DNA from: the human T2T-CHM13v2.0 reference genome, Homo sapiens
DNA: 64,000 nt
Assembly (NCBI GenBank): GCA_009914755.4
Contig: CP068257.2
Span: 34,400,001 to 34,464,000, forward strand
Direction of reading: 5' to 3'
Shown here piece by piece: positions 1-16,150 of this stretch. The notes below the pieces were generated by a model, which was not told where the DNA came from, made no database searches, and saw only the letters and a list, made by a program, of their open reading frames with translations. How positions within the stretch are numbered: the stretch's first letter is position 1; the number at the start of each line of letters is the position of its first letter. A program made the translations under genes and the position numbers.

Positions 1-125
1 AGGCAGGAGAATCACTTTGAACCCAGGAGGCGGAGGTTGCATGCAGTGAGCCAAGATCGCACCACTGCACCCAGCCTGGGTGACAGAACGAGACTCCATC
101 TCAAAAACAAAAACAAAAACAAAAA
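1..125 (+). mobile_element. Alu (3' portion, cut by the window edge)
   Basis: The sequence ggcaggagaatcactttgaacccaggaggcggaggttgcatgcagtgagccaagatcgcaccactgcac...gagactccatctcaaaaac matches the Alu consensus. Confidence 0.8.
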
Positions 126-325
126 ACAGGCATCAGGTTGGATTTGGCCCATGGGTCACAGTTCATCAACCCAGCTCTTCACTATGCTAGAATCAAGAGC
201 CATGATTATGTTTTACAATTTTGATAGCTGCTGACATCACTGATTGTATGTCATATTTACCCTACTTCAGACCAACATTTATTTCCTTTTCTTTTTGTAC
301 ATTGCCAGATTACATTGCGATGCTA

Positions 326-853
<528 letters not shown>

Positions 854-1771
854 TCAGTCCTTAACTTCCTCTCTTCTTCCCCTTTCAGAGTGAGATTTTG
901 CGTGGTAAGATTTGGGGAGGCATGTTTTGATATTCCTTGTGATTTTGAATGGGAGGCCAAGCAGGGCTTCAGGAAGTGGAGCCCAGAGCTGGTGTTCCTG
1001 GGCTTGGTGACAGGTCCTGGGCCCCTCCCTGTCTGAGGATACCATTCTATGTGTCCCCATGACAACTCCGAGGTTTGATGCTGGTGGAGCTGATTGCTTC
1101 CATGAGGGCTTCATAGTCTAATTCTAGCACACTCTCCATTTCTCAATGGACCACTCCAAAAAGCTTCCCTCGAAGGATCAGTCTGGCCAAGAAAAACTTG
1201 CATGGCCCTGGGTACCACCATTTCTACCTGCACAGCTCCGGACAACCGCAGAATCCTGATGCCCGCTCTATGTGGGACCATGAAAGGCCCTCTCGATGTT
1301 GTCCTGCTCTCAGATTTCTTTTTCCAGAAAGTTCAGCTGTGGCTCCCATTTCTACTGCTATGTAACACTGCTGTGCTCAGGCTGGGGAAGCCCCTAATTT
1401 TCCAACAGGGAAATAATCTTGTACATTGAGACCAACCGTAACATTATCCCAAGCAGCTATGAGATGTGCACAAGTAATTTGTTATTAATCCAAATTTAGC
1501 CTTCTCCCTGACATAAAATTAAATTATGCCTTCAAAAGCCTAAAATGGCTTAAACATTATCCCTAAAATAATGTCACTTCCGATGTGCTTTCTGTAGTGA
1601 AAAAAAAGAAGTTAGGTGAGAATGAATGAACCACCTATGCTTCCCCTCACAACCCAGAAGCCCTTGATCCACAGTGAGCAGCCGTGGGAAATACAAATTG
1701 TTCTGCTGCTTGCAAGGTGTGGTTTTATAGTTTCTGTTGTTTTCTTTTGCATTTCATTCTGAAATATATTC

Positions 1772-2075
1772 TTTTTTTTTTTTTTTTTGAGACATAGTCT
1801 CGCTCTGTTGCCCAGGCTGGAGTGGAGTGATGTGATCTCGGCTGTCTGCAACCTCCGCCTTCCAGGTTCAAGTGATTCTCCTGCCTCAGCCTTCTGAGTA
1901 GCTGGGATTATAGATGCCCGCCACCACACCTGGCTAATTTTTATTTTGTATTTTTGGTAGAGATGGGGTTTCACCATGGTGGCCAGGCTGGTCTTGAAGT
2001 CCTGACCTCAAGCTATCTACCCCCCTCAGCCTCCCAAAGTGCTGAGATTATAGGCGTGAGCCACCGTGCCTGGCC
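1772..2075 (-). mobile_element. Alu
   Basis: Minus orientation: T-run then gagacatagtctcgctctgttgcccaggctggagtg... ending ...ggcgtgagccaccgtgcctggcc. Confidence 0.85.
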
Positions 2076-2486
2076 CTGAGATAGATTTTTAACATGAAAG
2101 ATGTCAAGGCTAAACACACGTGAGTAACCCCTGCACTGCTGATGAACGAATATGCCACCCTGCCTCTCTCCAAGCAAAGAGGAGAAACCTGCCATCAGGC
2201 TGTATGAACTCTTCTTTGCTTTTTTCCAGTATTGTCATTCAGATTAGCTTTCATGCACGTACCACAAGAAAAATCAGATGTCCTGGATTTGTCCTGTGTT
2301 CCTCATCAGCAGAGGAAGCCACTAGCAGCCCTTACGAGAATCAAGGCTACTCTACTGGAACTCTTCTTACATAGCCAAAAATGTGTGAATTCCATTTACT
2401 GTGATTTTTAACAAAAATGTGTTTATTTAAATGTGTTTATTGTGGTACTCGCTTGCTTAATTATCTTATTTATTTTATTTGTTGTA

Positions 2487-2790
<304 letters not shown>

Positions 2791-2864
2791 TGTTTGCTTA
2801 ATTATCTGTGGAATACAGAAAAAGAAAAAAATCAATACTCTTTAAAAAAATAATCTAGTCCTTA

Positions 2865-3237
<373 letters not shown>

Positions 3238-3339
3238 TCATGTGGATGAATGTGTTTATCAATGTCCCTGGGGAAAATAAAAGCAGCGTTATTTGCCTTA
3301 CTTCCCTACCAGATTTTTGATATTTTCTCAAAATCAGCT

Positions 3340-3510
3340 GGGTGCAGGAGCATGAGCCTGTAACCCCAAGCTCTACTCAGGAGGCTGAGGTGGGAGGATC
3401 AGTTGAGCCCAGGAGGTCAAGGCTGCAGTAAGCTATCACTGCACCACTGCACTCCAGCCTGGGTGACAGAGCAAGACTCTGTTTCTTTAAAAACAAAACA
3501 AAACAAAAAA
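3340..3510 (+). mobile_element. Alu right-arm fragment
   Basis: It contains ctactcaggaggctgaggtgggaggatcagttgagcccaggaggtcaaggctgcagtaagctatcactgcaccactgcactccagcctgggtgacagagcaagactctg. Confidence 0.7.
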
Positions 3511-3599
3511 ATCTTATATTTTCTCAAAATCGGAGTCCACTCATGGGATGTGTCATTTTATTAGCTATATATATACATCTATGCCGTTTGGATTTGAAT

Positions 3600-4090
3600 G
3601 TCATCCATTATCTGTTGCAGTGGGTTGAATGGTGTCCCCTTCCCCCAAAAAAAGACATGCCCAATCCCTAAGTCCCAGTACCTGTGAATGCGGCCTTGCT
3701 TGGAAATCATATCTTTGCAGATGTCATGAAGAGAAGGATCTCAAGTTGAGATTATCCTACATTAGTTGTGTGAGCCCTGAATGCAATGAACCTTATAAGA
3801 CAAAAGGAGAAACAGATACAGAAAGAGACATGGGAGAAGGTGATGTGACCACATAGGCAGAGATGGGAGTGACGCAGCAGCAAGCCAGGGAGCCCTACGG
3901 ATGGCCGGCCGCCACCAAAAGCTGGGAGAAAGGCAGGGAACAGATTCTCCCTGAGAGCCTTTAGAGCAAGCACAGCCCTGCTCACACCATGATTTCAGAC
4001 TTCCAGCCTCCAGGACTGTGCAAGAATAAATGTCTGTTGTTTTAAGCCACCGAGCTTGTGGAACTTTGTAACGGCAGCCCTGGGAAACTA
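3600..4090 (+). mobile_element. MaLR-type LTR (MLT1-like) fragment
   Basis: It has the terminal signature ...gactgtgcaagaataaatgtctgttgttttaagccaccgagcttgtggaactttgtaacggcagccc. The family call is from my memory of the consensus. Confidence 0.5.
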
Positions 4091-4559
4091 ACACCTGTGG
4101 GTCGAGGCAGGGAAAGAAATGCTGCCCCAGTATAGAGAAGATTTGCTCCAGGTTCTAGGAGAGCCAAAAAGCAGCATCTCATGGCCGTCAGCAAACCCCT
4201 GGGAGGACGGCAGACCCCAGGGGGCGAGCAAACTTGCTGGTGGTTGGAGCATGCCTGATGCTATCACTCTGTGGGTACCAAGTACCAGGCAAACAGGTAG
4301 GCCTTGTTCAAAGCCAGTGATGGAGAGAGGCACTCTCCAACAGAGCCATCGAACAGGGCACGTACTGTATCAGCTCTAGCAGAGGCCAGCAAACTTTTCT
4401 GTAAAGGGCTTGATAGTAAGTATTTTCAGCTTTGTGAACCACAAACCGGAGTAGTCTCTGTCACACCTCCTCAGCTCTGCTGTTGGGAAGTGAAACCAAC
4501 CATATGCAACTGCCAAACAAATACACGTGAAAATCTTTATTTACACATGCTTCGCTCTA

Positions 4560-5098
4560 TACCCAAAAAAATGTAAAGCAGGGACTCAAACAGATACTTG
4601 TATATGAATGTTATTCTCACAATAGCCAAGAGGTGGAAATAACCCAGGTGTTCATCAATAGATGAATGGACAAACGAAATGTGTAGATACACGTACATGC
4701 AAAGGAATAGTATACAGCCTTAAAAAGGAATGAAATTCTGACACGTGCTACAACGTGGGTGAACCCTGAACGCATGATGCTAAGTAAAATAAGCCAGACA
4801 CAAAAGTAAAAAGATCGTATGACTGCACTTACATGAAGTACCTAGAACAGGCAAATTCATAGAGATAGAAAGTAGAAGTTACTAGAAGCTCAGGAAAGTG
4901 GGAAATGGAAAGTTACCGATTCACGGTACAGAGTTCCTATTTGGGGTGCTGAAAAAGTTTTGAAATTAGATAGTGGGGATGGTTATACAAAGTGTGAATA
5001 TACTCAATGCCACTGAATTGTACAATTTAAAATGGTTAAAATAGTAAATTTTATGTTATACATATTTTGTCATAATAAAGTTTGCATTTAGAAAAAAA
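4560..5098 (+). mobile_element. L1 3'-end fragment (plus strand) with an A-tail, followed by an Alu
   Basis: It matches L1 3' UTR consensus I recall (gaaataagccagacacaaaag...atggttaaaatagtaaattttatgttatacatattttg...aataaagtttgcatttagaaaaaaaaaa). Confidence 0.7.
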
Positions 5099-5101
5099 AA
5101 A

Positions 5102-5386
5102 TTTCTTTCAAACAGAGTCTCACTCTGTCACCCAGGCTGGAGTGCAGTGGCATCATCTCGGCTCACTGCAACCTCTGCCTCCCAGGTTCATTCTTTCTGC
5201 CTCAGCTTCCTGAGTAGCTGGAATTACAGGCATGCATCACCACAACCAGCTAATTTTTGTATTTTTAGTAGAAATGGGGTTTTGCCATTTTGGCCAGGCT
5301 GGTCTCGAACTTCTGACCTCAAGTGATCCACCCAGCTCAGCCTCCCAAAGTGCTGGGATTACAGGCGTGAGCAACCATACCCGGCT
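5102..5386 (-). mobile_element. Alu
   Basis: Minus-orientation Alu consensus lying directly after the L1 A-tail. Confidence 0.85.
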
Positions 5387-6903
5387 TAGGAAAAAAAAAA
5401 ATTATTTACAAAAATAGAAACTGGCCATAGTTTGCCAACTCCTGGTATAGAGTTTTCTATAACATCAAAGTGGCTCTTGGTATGTGACTGTTCCAGAATT
5501 ATCCCAGCATAGCAGATATGAGGTGGTACTTCCTATGAGCTCTGCCATCCTCAGTCCCTGGACTGTGTCATTTCCTTTGGGCATGTGCACATACACCCCT
5601 GGAACATGGAGGAAGGCATATTAATAGCGGGTAGTATGGATTTAAAAGCCTCAGAACCGTGTCATTGATGCTATGCTCTGTTCCTGGAAGTGAAAATGCA
5701 CAGAGGAACCAGCTGGTACAGTATGATGACAACAGATTTAGGGTACCCAGTCACCATTCACTGCATGGCCTCAGTCACGTTATCCCTGCTCTCTGGGCCT
5801 CAGTTTAATCAGATGATTCTCATTTGCTGGCTATATGATGTCCTGCTCTGGAAAAGCATGTAGCTTAGAAATGAGACTGCATGTGAAGGTATTACACCAC
5901 CCCCCGTGGATGGCTGCCACCATCCTTAAGCATATTTTCATCCAGAAGAATAAACATCCTTAGAGAAATACACATGAAATGCAAAGCTTGAAGTCATAAC
6001 TCAATGCATAACAACCTGCAAACCAGTACAGGCTTATGAGCTAGCTAATAAAATAAATCATAGTCATGTTTTTCAAATGACTTTTCATGTGTTGTCATTA
6101 CTTCTCCGACGTACTGTAAATTAACTGTGAAGTGCTACTTCCTGCAGGGAGGTTTTCTTTCCCCTCCCAAATATAAAGAGGTTGTAAGGCTAAAGAATGC
6201 AGACATGCATCATGTCTGCGAAAATCATTTTTTAAAAAGATCAAATGTAATATTTTCTTTCAACATGGACAACTGCTTTGAGATTTTCCATTCAAGCAGC
6301 CTTGAACACAGCCTCCAGCGTTTGCCAATTACTCCTGACAAATACCATTTGGGCCTGAGTGATGTTGTAAGTGAAATAAAACAGTGGAAGGAAAAAAACC
6401 AGAACATGATAAAAGGAATTTTTTTTGGTCTGCTGAGAACTTACTGTAAGTTATACATTCAGGAGTGAAGGCCCTGCTTCCTGCCAGTGACGGACTCCAT
6501 GTGAGCTGGAGTTTGAAGGTGACTTTTGTTTGACAGTAATAGGAAGGGAAGACAAAACTCAGTTTTCATGTCCCTTGAAAGGGAGTCAGCCCTTTTTTCT
6601 CCCTCATAAAGAGGAAAAAAAAGTATATAAACAAAAGAAGAGAAAAAGAGGCACTAGGCCCTGTTCCCTGTCATTCTGCACAATACGCACTAATGGCTGA
6701 AAACAATCCCATGAAATCAGCGTGGCCAGCATGCCCGGGCGGCCAGCAGCCCCACCTGCCTCCGTACCTGAGCTCTGAGCATGTTAGAACCAGCTGAAGG
6801 CAACCAAAGCCACAGGAAAGAGAGGGCACAGCCAACTTTCAAAGTGCAGTCATCTGGTCCCACCCCCACCCCCCTACCCCCATCTCTCCTGAAGTTTCCT
6901 CCT

Positions 6904-7200
6904 TTTTTTTTTTTTTTTTGAGACAGAGTCTCCCTCTGTTGTACACGCTGGAGTGCAGTGCTGCAATCTCGGCTCCTGCAACCTCCACCTCCTGGGTTCA
7001 AGTGATTCTAGTGCCTCAGCCTCCCGAGTAGCTGGGATTACAGGCACCCACCACCACACTCGACTAATTTTTGTATTTTTAGTAAAGACGGGGTTTCACC
7101 ATGTTGACCAGGCTGATCTCAAACTCCTGATCTCAAATGATCTGCCCGCCTTGGCCTCCCGAAGTGCTGGGATTACAGGTATGAGCCACCGTGCCTGGCC
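6904..7200 (-). mobile_element. Alu
   Basis: Minus-orientation Alu consensus. Confidence 0.85.
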
Positions 7201-7420
7201 AAGTTTCCTCCTTTTCTGAGGTTCCTGTCCCAGAATCTATGATGGCCAAGACAAAGCAAAGGTGAAGACTGCTCCCCCTCCACCACTGCCTTTCCCAACA
7301 TCCTTCTCTGCTTGTTCTTTAAGATTCCAGTGAAACTCAACCTTGACCTCAGTGCTGTGGGGAATCAGAGAGCAGCCAGGGGAAACGACTGGAAAGAGGC
7401 TGGGTGGTAACTGGGCACAG

Positions 7421-7698
7421 TGGCTCATGCCTGTAATCCCAGCATTTTGAGAGACAAAGGTGGGAGGATCACTTGAGGCCTAGAGTTTGAGACCAGTCTG
7501 GGCAACATGGTGAGACCCCCGTCTCTACAAAATATTTTTAGAATTAGCCAGGTGTGGTGGTGCGTGCCTGTAGTTCCAACTGCTCAGGAGACGGAGGCAG
7601 GATGGTTGCTTGAGCTCACGAATTTGAGGCTGCAGTGAGCCATGATTGGCCGTTGCACTCCAGCCTGGGCAAAAGAGCAGGACCCTGTCTCTCAAGGC
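7421..7698 (+). mobile_element. Alu
   Basis: Plus-orientation Alu consensus. Confidence 0.8.
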
Positions 7699-8528
7699 TG
7701 AGAGGGTACCAAGTGCCCACATGGTATCCAGCAGACCAGGACCCAGAGCTGGTCTGTCTATACCAGCCACGAACCTTGGACAAGGAAGGGACTTTGCTAG
7801 CTAATAAAAATAAGCTGGACTGACTGACTGAGCTGGACTTTCCCCATCTGTTGGGGGAGACTATTGTAGCCACTGAGGATGAAACTGATTCAGGGCTGGC
7901 AGCCTGTCGTACTGTGCTGGCACCTGGAAATGCTAAGTCAATGCCACGGTCCAGTCTGAACATCCTGGGACCCCTCCACTCAGGGTGCACCAGTCCTAAT
8001 GCACCTGTGGAGCTCGGCGATTTTGTAACCACACTGCTGCACTGGGATCTATTTTTCCCGGTGAATGAAAAACTCACAAATGTGAGTGATTTAGGCTGGA
8101 GGTCCGCAGCCCCACGGCGCAGAGGCTCCCCAGCATGTGGTGTGAGTAAGGGGCTGGTGGCTTTCTGTCCAGCTGCCTCCCACTTCAAGAAGTCTTTGGC
8201 AACTGCCATGCCCCAAAGTAAAAGGGGCAAAACCATGGTCATTGTGCTGATAATCGGGCCTCGTGGGTCCTCTGAGCAGAACCCCAGCCCCGCCTCACTT
8301 TCTGTAAATGAGCCATCTCCACTGGCACCTCGTGTCAAGGAAGGGTGAACCAGGACAGGGCTAAAGGGATTGCCAATGGACAGCCCAGAAGACAGGTCAT
8401 AAACCGCCCAACTGGCTCGATGTCTGGAGTCGGTCACACCTCGAAGACACTGTTTTCCTAACTTTCACGTACACGGGAATCTTGTTCCAATGCAGATTCT
8501 GATTCAGTGGGTCCAGGGCAGGGCCTGA

Positions 8529-8874
<346 letters not shown>

Positions 8875-9263
8875 AAGATCCTGAATTTCTAATAGGCTCC
8901 CAGGTGCTGCTGATGTGCTCTGCAGATCACCCTGTGAGGAGCAGGGTTCTAAGGCAAACAGCCCCAATCAACAAAGCTGAAAGCACTTATTTAGCTTCCT
9001 GGGGGACATTTTTTGGTGGTAGTGGCCTCCTTTATAGACTTTTGCCCTGGTGACCTATAAAAGAAAGAAGATAGATCCTAGCAGTTGCCCCCTGCCAGTA
9101 CTTTTCTCCTGCTGGTATCAGAGACACTGCCTTCTAATACAGAGACACAGTATTTCTCCTCTCGCACGACTGCTGCCATGGTTGTGAGTCAAGACTCCCT
9201 GCCTAGACTACATGGTGGCCACCTACTCTTAACATTGAACCACAACCATCAAAAATCACTTGT

Positions 9264-9577
9264 GGCCAGGTGTGGGTGGCTCACACCTGTAATCCCAGCA
9301 CTTTGGGAGGCCGAGGCGGTTGGATCACCTAAGGTCAGAAGTTCAAGACCAGCCTGGCTAACATGGCACAACCCAGCTCTACTAAAAAAAATACAAAAAA
9401 ATTAGCTGGGAGTGGTGGCGTAGTGCACGCCTGTAACCCCAGCTACTTAGGAGGCTGAGGCAGGAGAATCACTTGAACCCAGGAAGTGGAGGTTGTAGTG
9501 AGCTGAGATTATGCCACTGCTGCACTCCAGCCTGGGTGACAGAGCACGAAACTGTCTCAAAACAAAACAAAAAAAAC
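9264..9577 (+). mobile_element. Alu
   Basis: Plus-orientation Alu consensus. Confidence 0.85.
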
Positions 9578-9598
9578 TTGTTATTCCAACCTGAATAC

Positions 9599-9895
<297 letters not shown>

Positions 9896-9900
9896 TACTC

Positions 9901-10223
<323 letters not shown>

Positions 10224-10945
10224 TAAATAATATCTGCATTCCATATACATAATCACCATCACCAGTGAGGCAACTCCAATCAGATAAACAGTAATGTATA
10301 CCTTTCTCTACTCCTCCAATTAAAAAAAAAAAAACCTTCAATATAGTGATATTGAATATTGGCCTCATCGAGGTCTTGGTAGCACTCTGTAGATCAACAT
10401 GCCAAAGAGAAAACAAACTTCCACTCAACACAAAGCCAGAATGTGTATCAATAGCACGGGGCTGGGGAGGAGAAGGGTATCAGGAGGGAGAAAAGCATTA
10501 TAGCAGCTTCCCGGTTCACAAGTTGAATTTGTCTACACATAAGACCAGATGACAGAGCTTCTGATAAAGTCCAGCTGACCAAAGAAATCATTTCAAGTGA
10601 GGCCATCAGCGTCAAGTCATCATGTGATGTTGTACTGAGTCAGTCCACATCACCAGCCATTTGGGGATCTACAGTGTCTCAGTATCCTGTGGACAGAGAA
10701 GCTCAAGCGCACCCTGATGGTTTTTTTCACTCTACCTTGAGGCCCCAACCTCTGATCAGTCATGCACCTCTAACAAAGATGGGCCAGGCCTCCCCTCGGT
10801 CAGCAGAAATGGATTCTTTCCACCTCACCACAAAATACTTCACGTTATTCTAGAAACACCTGGCAGATGAGAAGCTAGGAGTCACAGGATCCGTCCCTCT
10901 GTTTGTGTGGGTGGTCAGTTTCAACTCCTTAAAAGCCATCCTTCT

Positions 10946-11258
<313 letters not shown>

Positions 11259-11947
11259 CCTTCTTTTGGCCTGCCTGAAACAGCCTGAGTCTACCTGCTA
11301 TCAATTAGGATAGAAATTGAAACCTGCTACCCGGTGTGAAAAGTTCTCTCCTTCTCAAAAGTAAGGGCTAAATATATGCCTTTATTTGTGGCTCCTCTGT
11401 GGGCAGAGCCAGGATGGTTCCTGCACGGTCTCACCCCCTCCTCCTCTCGCCATTACATCTGAGCCACCACTGCCCTCTCCAGCCCCTGCCCCACCTGGCC
11501 AGGTCCCTTCCCGAGCAGCTATCACCTTGAAGTGGTGTTTATCCGCCCAAAGGAGAATGTGAACGTTGGCATTTTCTTCCAGGGGAAACACGGAGAGTTG
11601 CTTCTGCCTTGTTTGGATGCTACTAATATTTGGGAAAACCACTCTCTGCTGCCTGACTTGACCGAGCCGCAGTACCCAGGTCAGCTCGGCGGTCCTCTTG
11701 CGCCATCTAGTGTACGAAAGGTGGAAGTGGCTCAAGCACGTTGCAAAGTCCCACAGGGATTCCAAGATCCACCTGGTACTTACCAAGCATCAGCCCAAAC
11801 ACTCTGGACACGGAGAGGTGTGGCGCCTTTTAAAGGAGACACGTGGAATTAAATTTGCTAATCACTTCTCGTGGACTGGGCGGGCACTCCAACTGTATTT
11901 ACTGAGCCAAATGATAAAGAGTTGATCTCTGGATTCATCTGTACTCA

Positions 11948-12340
<393 letters not shown>

Positions 12341-14039
12341 TCAGCTTGCCTCCCACACCTCTGAAAACCAGAAAGTTCCAGCTGGGAAAAGGTAAGGCAG
12401 CTTGCTCCCATATCCCAGAGGTTCAGAAAGGGAACTTTGGTGAACATCAGTCATGTGGGAGCTTTAAATCTCCACTGCCCCGGCACACCTCAGGCCAACT
12501 AGTTCAGACCCCTGCAGTGGGAACCCGGCCTCAGAATTTTTTAAAGCTCCGCATGTGATTCCAGTGAACAGCAAAGCCGCCAACCACTGCTACAGCCTTT
12601 ACCATCAGAGGCTTGGAAGGCAAAGACGTCCAGTGACACAGGTCTCAGACATGGCACGAGAAGCACAGGTCTACGCTGCCTGTCCCAAACACAGTCGCCT
12701 TAGACCCAACCTGCTTCCTCTGTGACATCCCAAACTCTCTCTTATCTGTCAACAGTTTAGTCTCCCTTTGTGATTATCACAGTAAAAACTGGAATTGTTG
12801 ACTGTCCCAAGCATTACTGAGTGGGGTCTTTGCCGTTCTGGTCTTGGCCCTATCTTCTGAATCTGGGCATTAGGAAGAGATTTCAGGGTTCTGAGCAGTT
12901 TCTATGGCACCGAGACAATGCTTTCAACTGCAACAGGAGAGCCTCTCCCCTGAGACGAATTCCACGGAAACGAGAAAAGGCCTGCTTTGGGCTCACTCAC
13001 CCCTTCTCAGCCCTCTAATAACAGCTATGCCCTGTATGAGATATGAGCTGTCAGTGTGATGAGAAGCGGGCTGTAAAACTGAAATGGGACCATTTGAGGC
13101 GAGGCTGCAGCGAGAGAGACTGGCTCACTCTGCCCTGCAGCAGGGCCAGGGAGTGGAGTTGCCTGGTTCCTCCAGAACAGCCTGCAAGGTGAAGTAGTCA
13201 CTCGGCCTTTCACAAAGCAAAACCAGACAACATAAACTGCTTGAAGGTGGCGGGTCCCCTCCCTTACCCTAGACTGCCTAACTTAGGAGGCAGAAACAGG
13301 TATCACTCACACATCAGAGGCAGGAACTCAGACACCAGACACTGCTGGCTTCTAATCCCTGCCACGTGATGTGGGAGAAGTCAGTTGACCCGTCTATGCC
13401 TCAGTGTCTTCAACTCTAACAAAAGATGGAATACCTGCCTCATAGAGCTATTGTGACAATTAGATGAGAAAGAGGGATATCCCACCGGGTACCAGGAGGA
13501 CACAGTGGCTCTAAGTCCCACTCCACCTTTTTTTTTTTTTTTTTTTTTTACAGTCAGGGTCTCACTTGTCGCAGGTGGGCGACAACCATTTGAGCCAGTG
13601 GCATGCAGGGGTAAAAGAATTTACCAAGACAGCTGTAGGTAAAGAAAGGCAGATTTACGCGAGGAAGAATGAAAACACGTTGTTAGGAGGCAACGGGCAG
13701 ATCAGCGGAGGAGGAGCTGACTGCCAGAGACAAAGGCTCCTGGAGATTTTATAGGATGGTTTCGGCTACATAGGGCTGCGCACAATACTGATAACGCCAG
13801 GGCTGCAAGGAGCTAACGTGCATTTTTCTATCAGCCAAGGTGTCTGATGATAAACGGAAGTGTTTGATGTTAAGTTGGGTGCAGGAGGATTGTGGGTAAT
13901 GTACGTTATCTGCACTGGAGGGCTATGTGTCCTGGACCATGAAGAAAGGTAGGCCGGTAACTTATCTGCTTTATCTTTAACTCCCTCAGTCCCGCCAGCC
14001 TGACTCCTTTGCCCTAAATAGGACTCCACAGATTTGTCA

Positions 14040-14265
14040 TCCAGGCTGGAGTGCAGCTGTGTGATCACAGCTCACTGCAGCTTCGAACTCCTGGACTCAT
14101 GCCATCCTCCTGCCTCAGCCTCCAGAGTAGCTAGGACTACAGGCATGCAGCACCACACCCAGCTATTTTTTTATTATTTTTTGTAGAGACGCGGGGCAGG
14201 GGGTCTCACTATGTTGCCCAGGCTGGTCTCAAACTTCTGGCCTCAAGTGATCCTCCCACCTCGGA
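14040..14265 (-). mobile_element. Alu (partial)
   Basis: Minus-orientation Alu consensus, truncated. Confidence 0.7.
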
Positions 14266-14345
14266 TAGTAACAGCACCTGCTACTATCTACCTTGTGGAG
14301 TGGTAGCCTTACATTTTTATTAAATACATTCTATTTTGGGGAGTT

Positions 14346-14638
14346 TTTTGTTTTTTTGAGATGGAGTCTCACTCTGTTGCCTGCGCTGAAGCGCAGTGGC
14401 ATGATACCAGCTCACTGCAACCTCCACCTCCTGGGTTCAAGTGATTCTCCTGCCTAAGTCTCCGGAGTAGCTGAGATTACAGGTGCCCGCCACCACACCC
14501 AGCTTATTTTTTGTATTTTTAGTAGAGACAGGGTTTCACCATGTTGGCCAGGATGGTCTCGATCTCCTGACCTCGTGATCTACCCGCCTCGGCCTCCCAA
14601 AGTGCTGGGATTACAGGCGTGAGCCACCGTGCCTGGCC
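14346..14638 (-). mobile_element. Alu
   Basis: Minus-orientation Alu consensus. Confidence 0.85.
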
Positions 14639-14789
14639 CAGGTGTTTTTTTTTTTTTTTAATTTTCTTATAGCCTAATGTTAAAACTACATAGAATAAAA
14701 GGATATTAAAACAAGAAAATAGTGAAAGGTTACAACAGGAAGATGAGAAACACCCTCTGAAAGGTGAGAGGGATGAGCACGGGAGAGAA

Positions 14790-16150
14790 ATGTCTGCTGG
14801 TGGGGGCAGGTGCTGGCGTGCTGTCAGTGGAACTCTAGCATGTCTGGGGGACACTGGCATGTGTTGTGTGGGGGACACTGGCGTGTTGTGCAGGGGACAC
14901 TGGCATGTCGTGTGGGGGACACTGGCGTGTTCTGTGGGGGCAATGGTGTGTTGTGTGGGGACACTGGCGTGTCGTGTGGGGGACACTGGTGTGTACACGG
15001 GACACTGGCGTGTCGTGCGGGGGGACACTGGCATTTTCTGTGGGGGCAATGGCATGTTGTGTGGGGGACACTGGCGTGTTGTGTGGGGGCAATGGCGTGT
15101 CGTGTGGGGACACTGGCGTGTCGTGCGGGGGACACTGGTGTGTACACGGGACACTGGCGTGTCGTGCGGGGGGACACTGGCATGTTCTGTGGGGGCAATG
15201 GCATGTTGTGTGGGGGACACTGGCGTGTTGTGTGGGGGACACTGGCATGTCGTGTGGGGGACACTGGCGTGTTCTGTGGGGGCAATGGCGTGTTGTGTGG
15301 GGACACTGACGTGTTGTGTGGGGGACACTGGCGTGTGCACGGGACACTGGCATGTCATGTGGGGGACACTGGTGTGTTGTGCGGGGGACACTGGCATGTT
15401 CTGTGGGGGCAATGGCGTGTTGTGTGGGGGACACTGGTGTGTTGTGTGAGGACACTGGTGTGTTGTGTGAGGGGCACTGATACGTGTGGTGAGTCGCTGT
15501 CCTACTGTGGGGGGAATCTGATGTGTGTGGGGAGCACTGATGTGTGTGGGGGTCACTGTCCTACTGTGGGGGTCGCTGTCCTATTGTGGGGGCTGCTGAT
15601 GTGTGGGGGGGTTGCTGTCCTACTGTGGGGGGCACTGATATGTGTGGGGACCACTGTCCTACTGTGGGGGCTGCTGTGTGTGGGGGTCGCTGTCCTATTG
15701 TGGGGGCTGCTGTGTGTGGGGGTCGCTGTTCTATTGTGGGGGCTGCTGTGTGTGGGGGTCGCTGTTCTATTGTGGGGGCCGCTGATGTGTGTGGGGGTCG
15801 CTGTTCTATTGTGGGGGCCGCTGATGTGTGTGGGGGTCGCTGTCCTATTGTGGGGGCCGCTGATGTGTGTGGGGGTTGCTGTCCTGTTGTGAGGGCCGCT
15901 GATGTGTGGGGGTCGCTGTCCTGTTGTGGGGCGCTAATATGTGGGGGTCGCTGTCCTGTTGTGGGGCGCTGATGTGAGGAGTCGCTGTCCTGTTGTGGGG
16001 CGCTGATGTGTGTGGGGGTCGCTGATCTATTGTGGGGGCTGATGTGTGTGGGGGTTGCTGTCCTATTGTAGGGGCCGCTGATGTGTGGGGGTCACGTCCT
16101 GTTGTGGGGCACTGATGTGTGGGGGTCGCTGTCCTGTTGTGGGGGCTGAT
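14790..16150. repeat. Large compound GC-rich minisatellite (VNTR). Sub-array A (about 14790-15480) has about 30 copies of a 22-23-bp unit GGGGGACACTGGCGTGTTGTGT. Sub-array B (about 15480-16150) has about 17 copies of a 37-39-bp unit GGGGGTCGCTGTCCTATTGTGGGGGCCGCTGATGTGTGT
   Basis: Both periodicities are visible directly in the sequence. The array produces artefactual ORFs of 206-360 aa on both strands in the ORF track, for example the HTCP/QCPP and WGHW repeats. Confidence 0.9.

Noticed and set aside
7616-8437. 273-aa minus-strand ORF and overlapping 165-aa plus-strand ORF
   Set aside because: The sequence is Ser/Leu/Pro-rich and low in complexity. It runs into an Alu at its 3' end. It has no splice context or CpG promoter, and no similarity to any protein family I recognise.
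14519-15892. ORFs of 206-360 aa on both strands (HTCP/QCPP-repeat and WGHW-repeat proteins)
   Set aside because: They lie entirely within the minisatellite. Their periodic translation simply mirrors the 22- and 37-bp units, so they are not genes.
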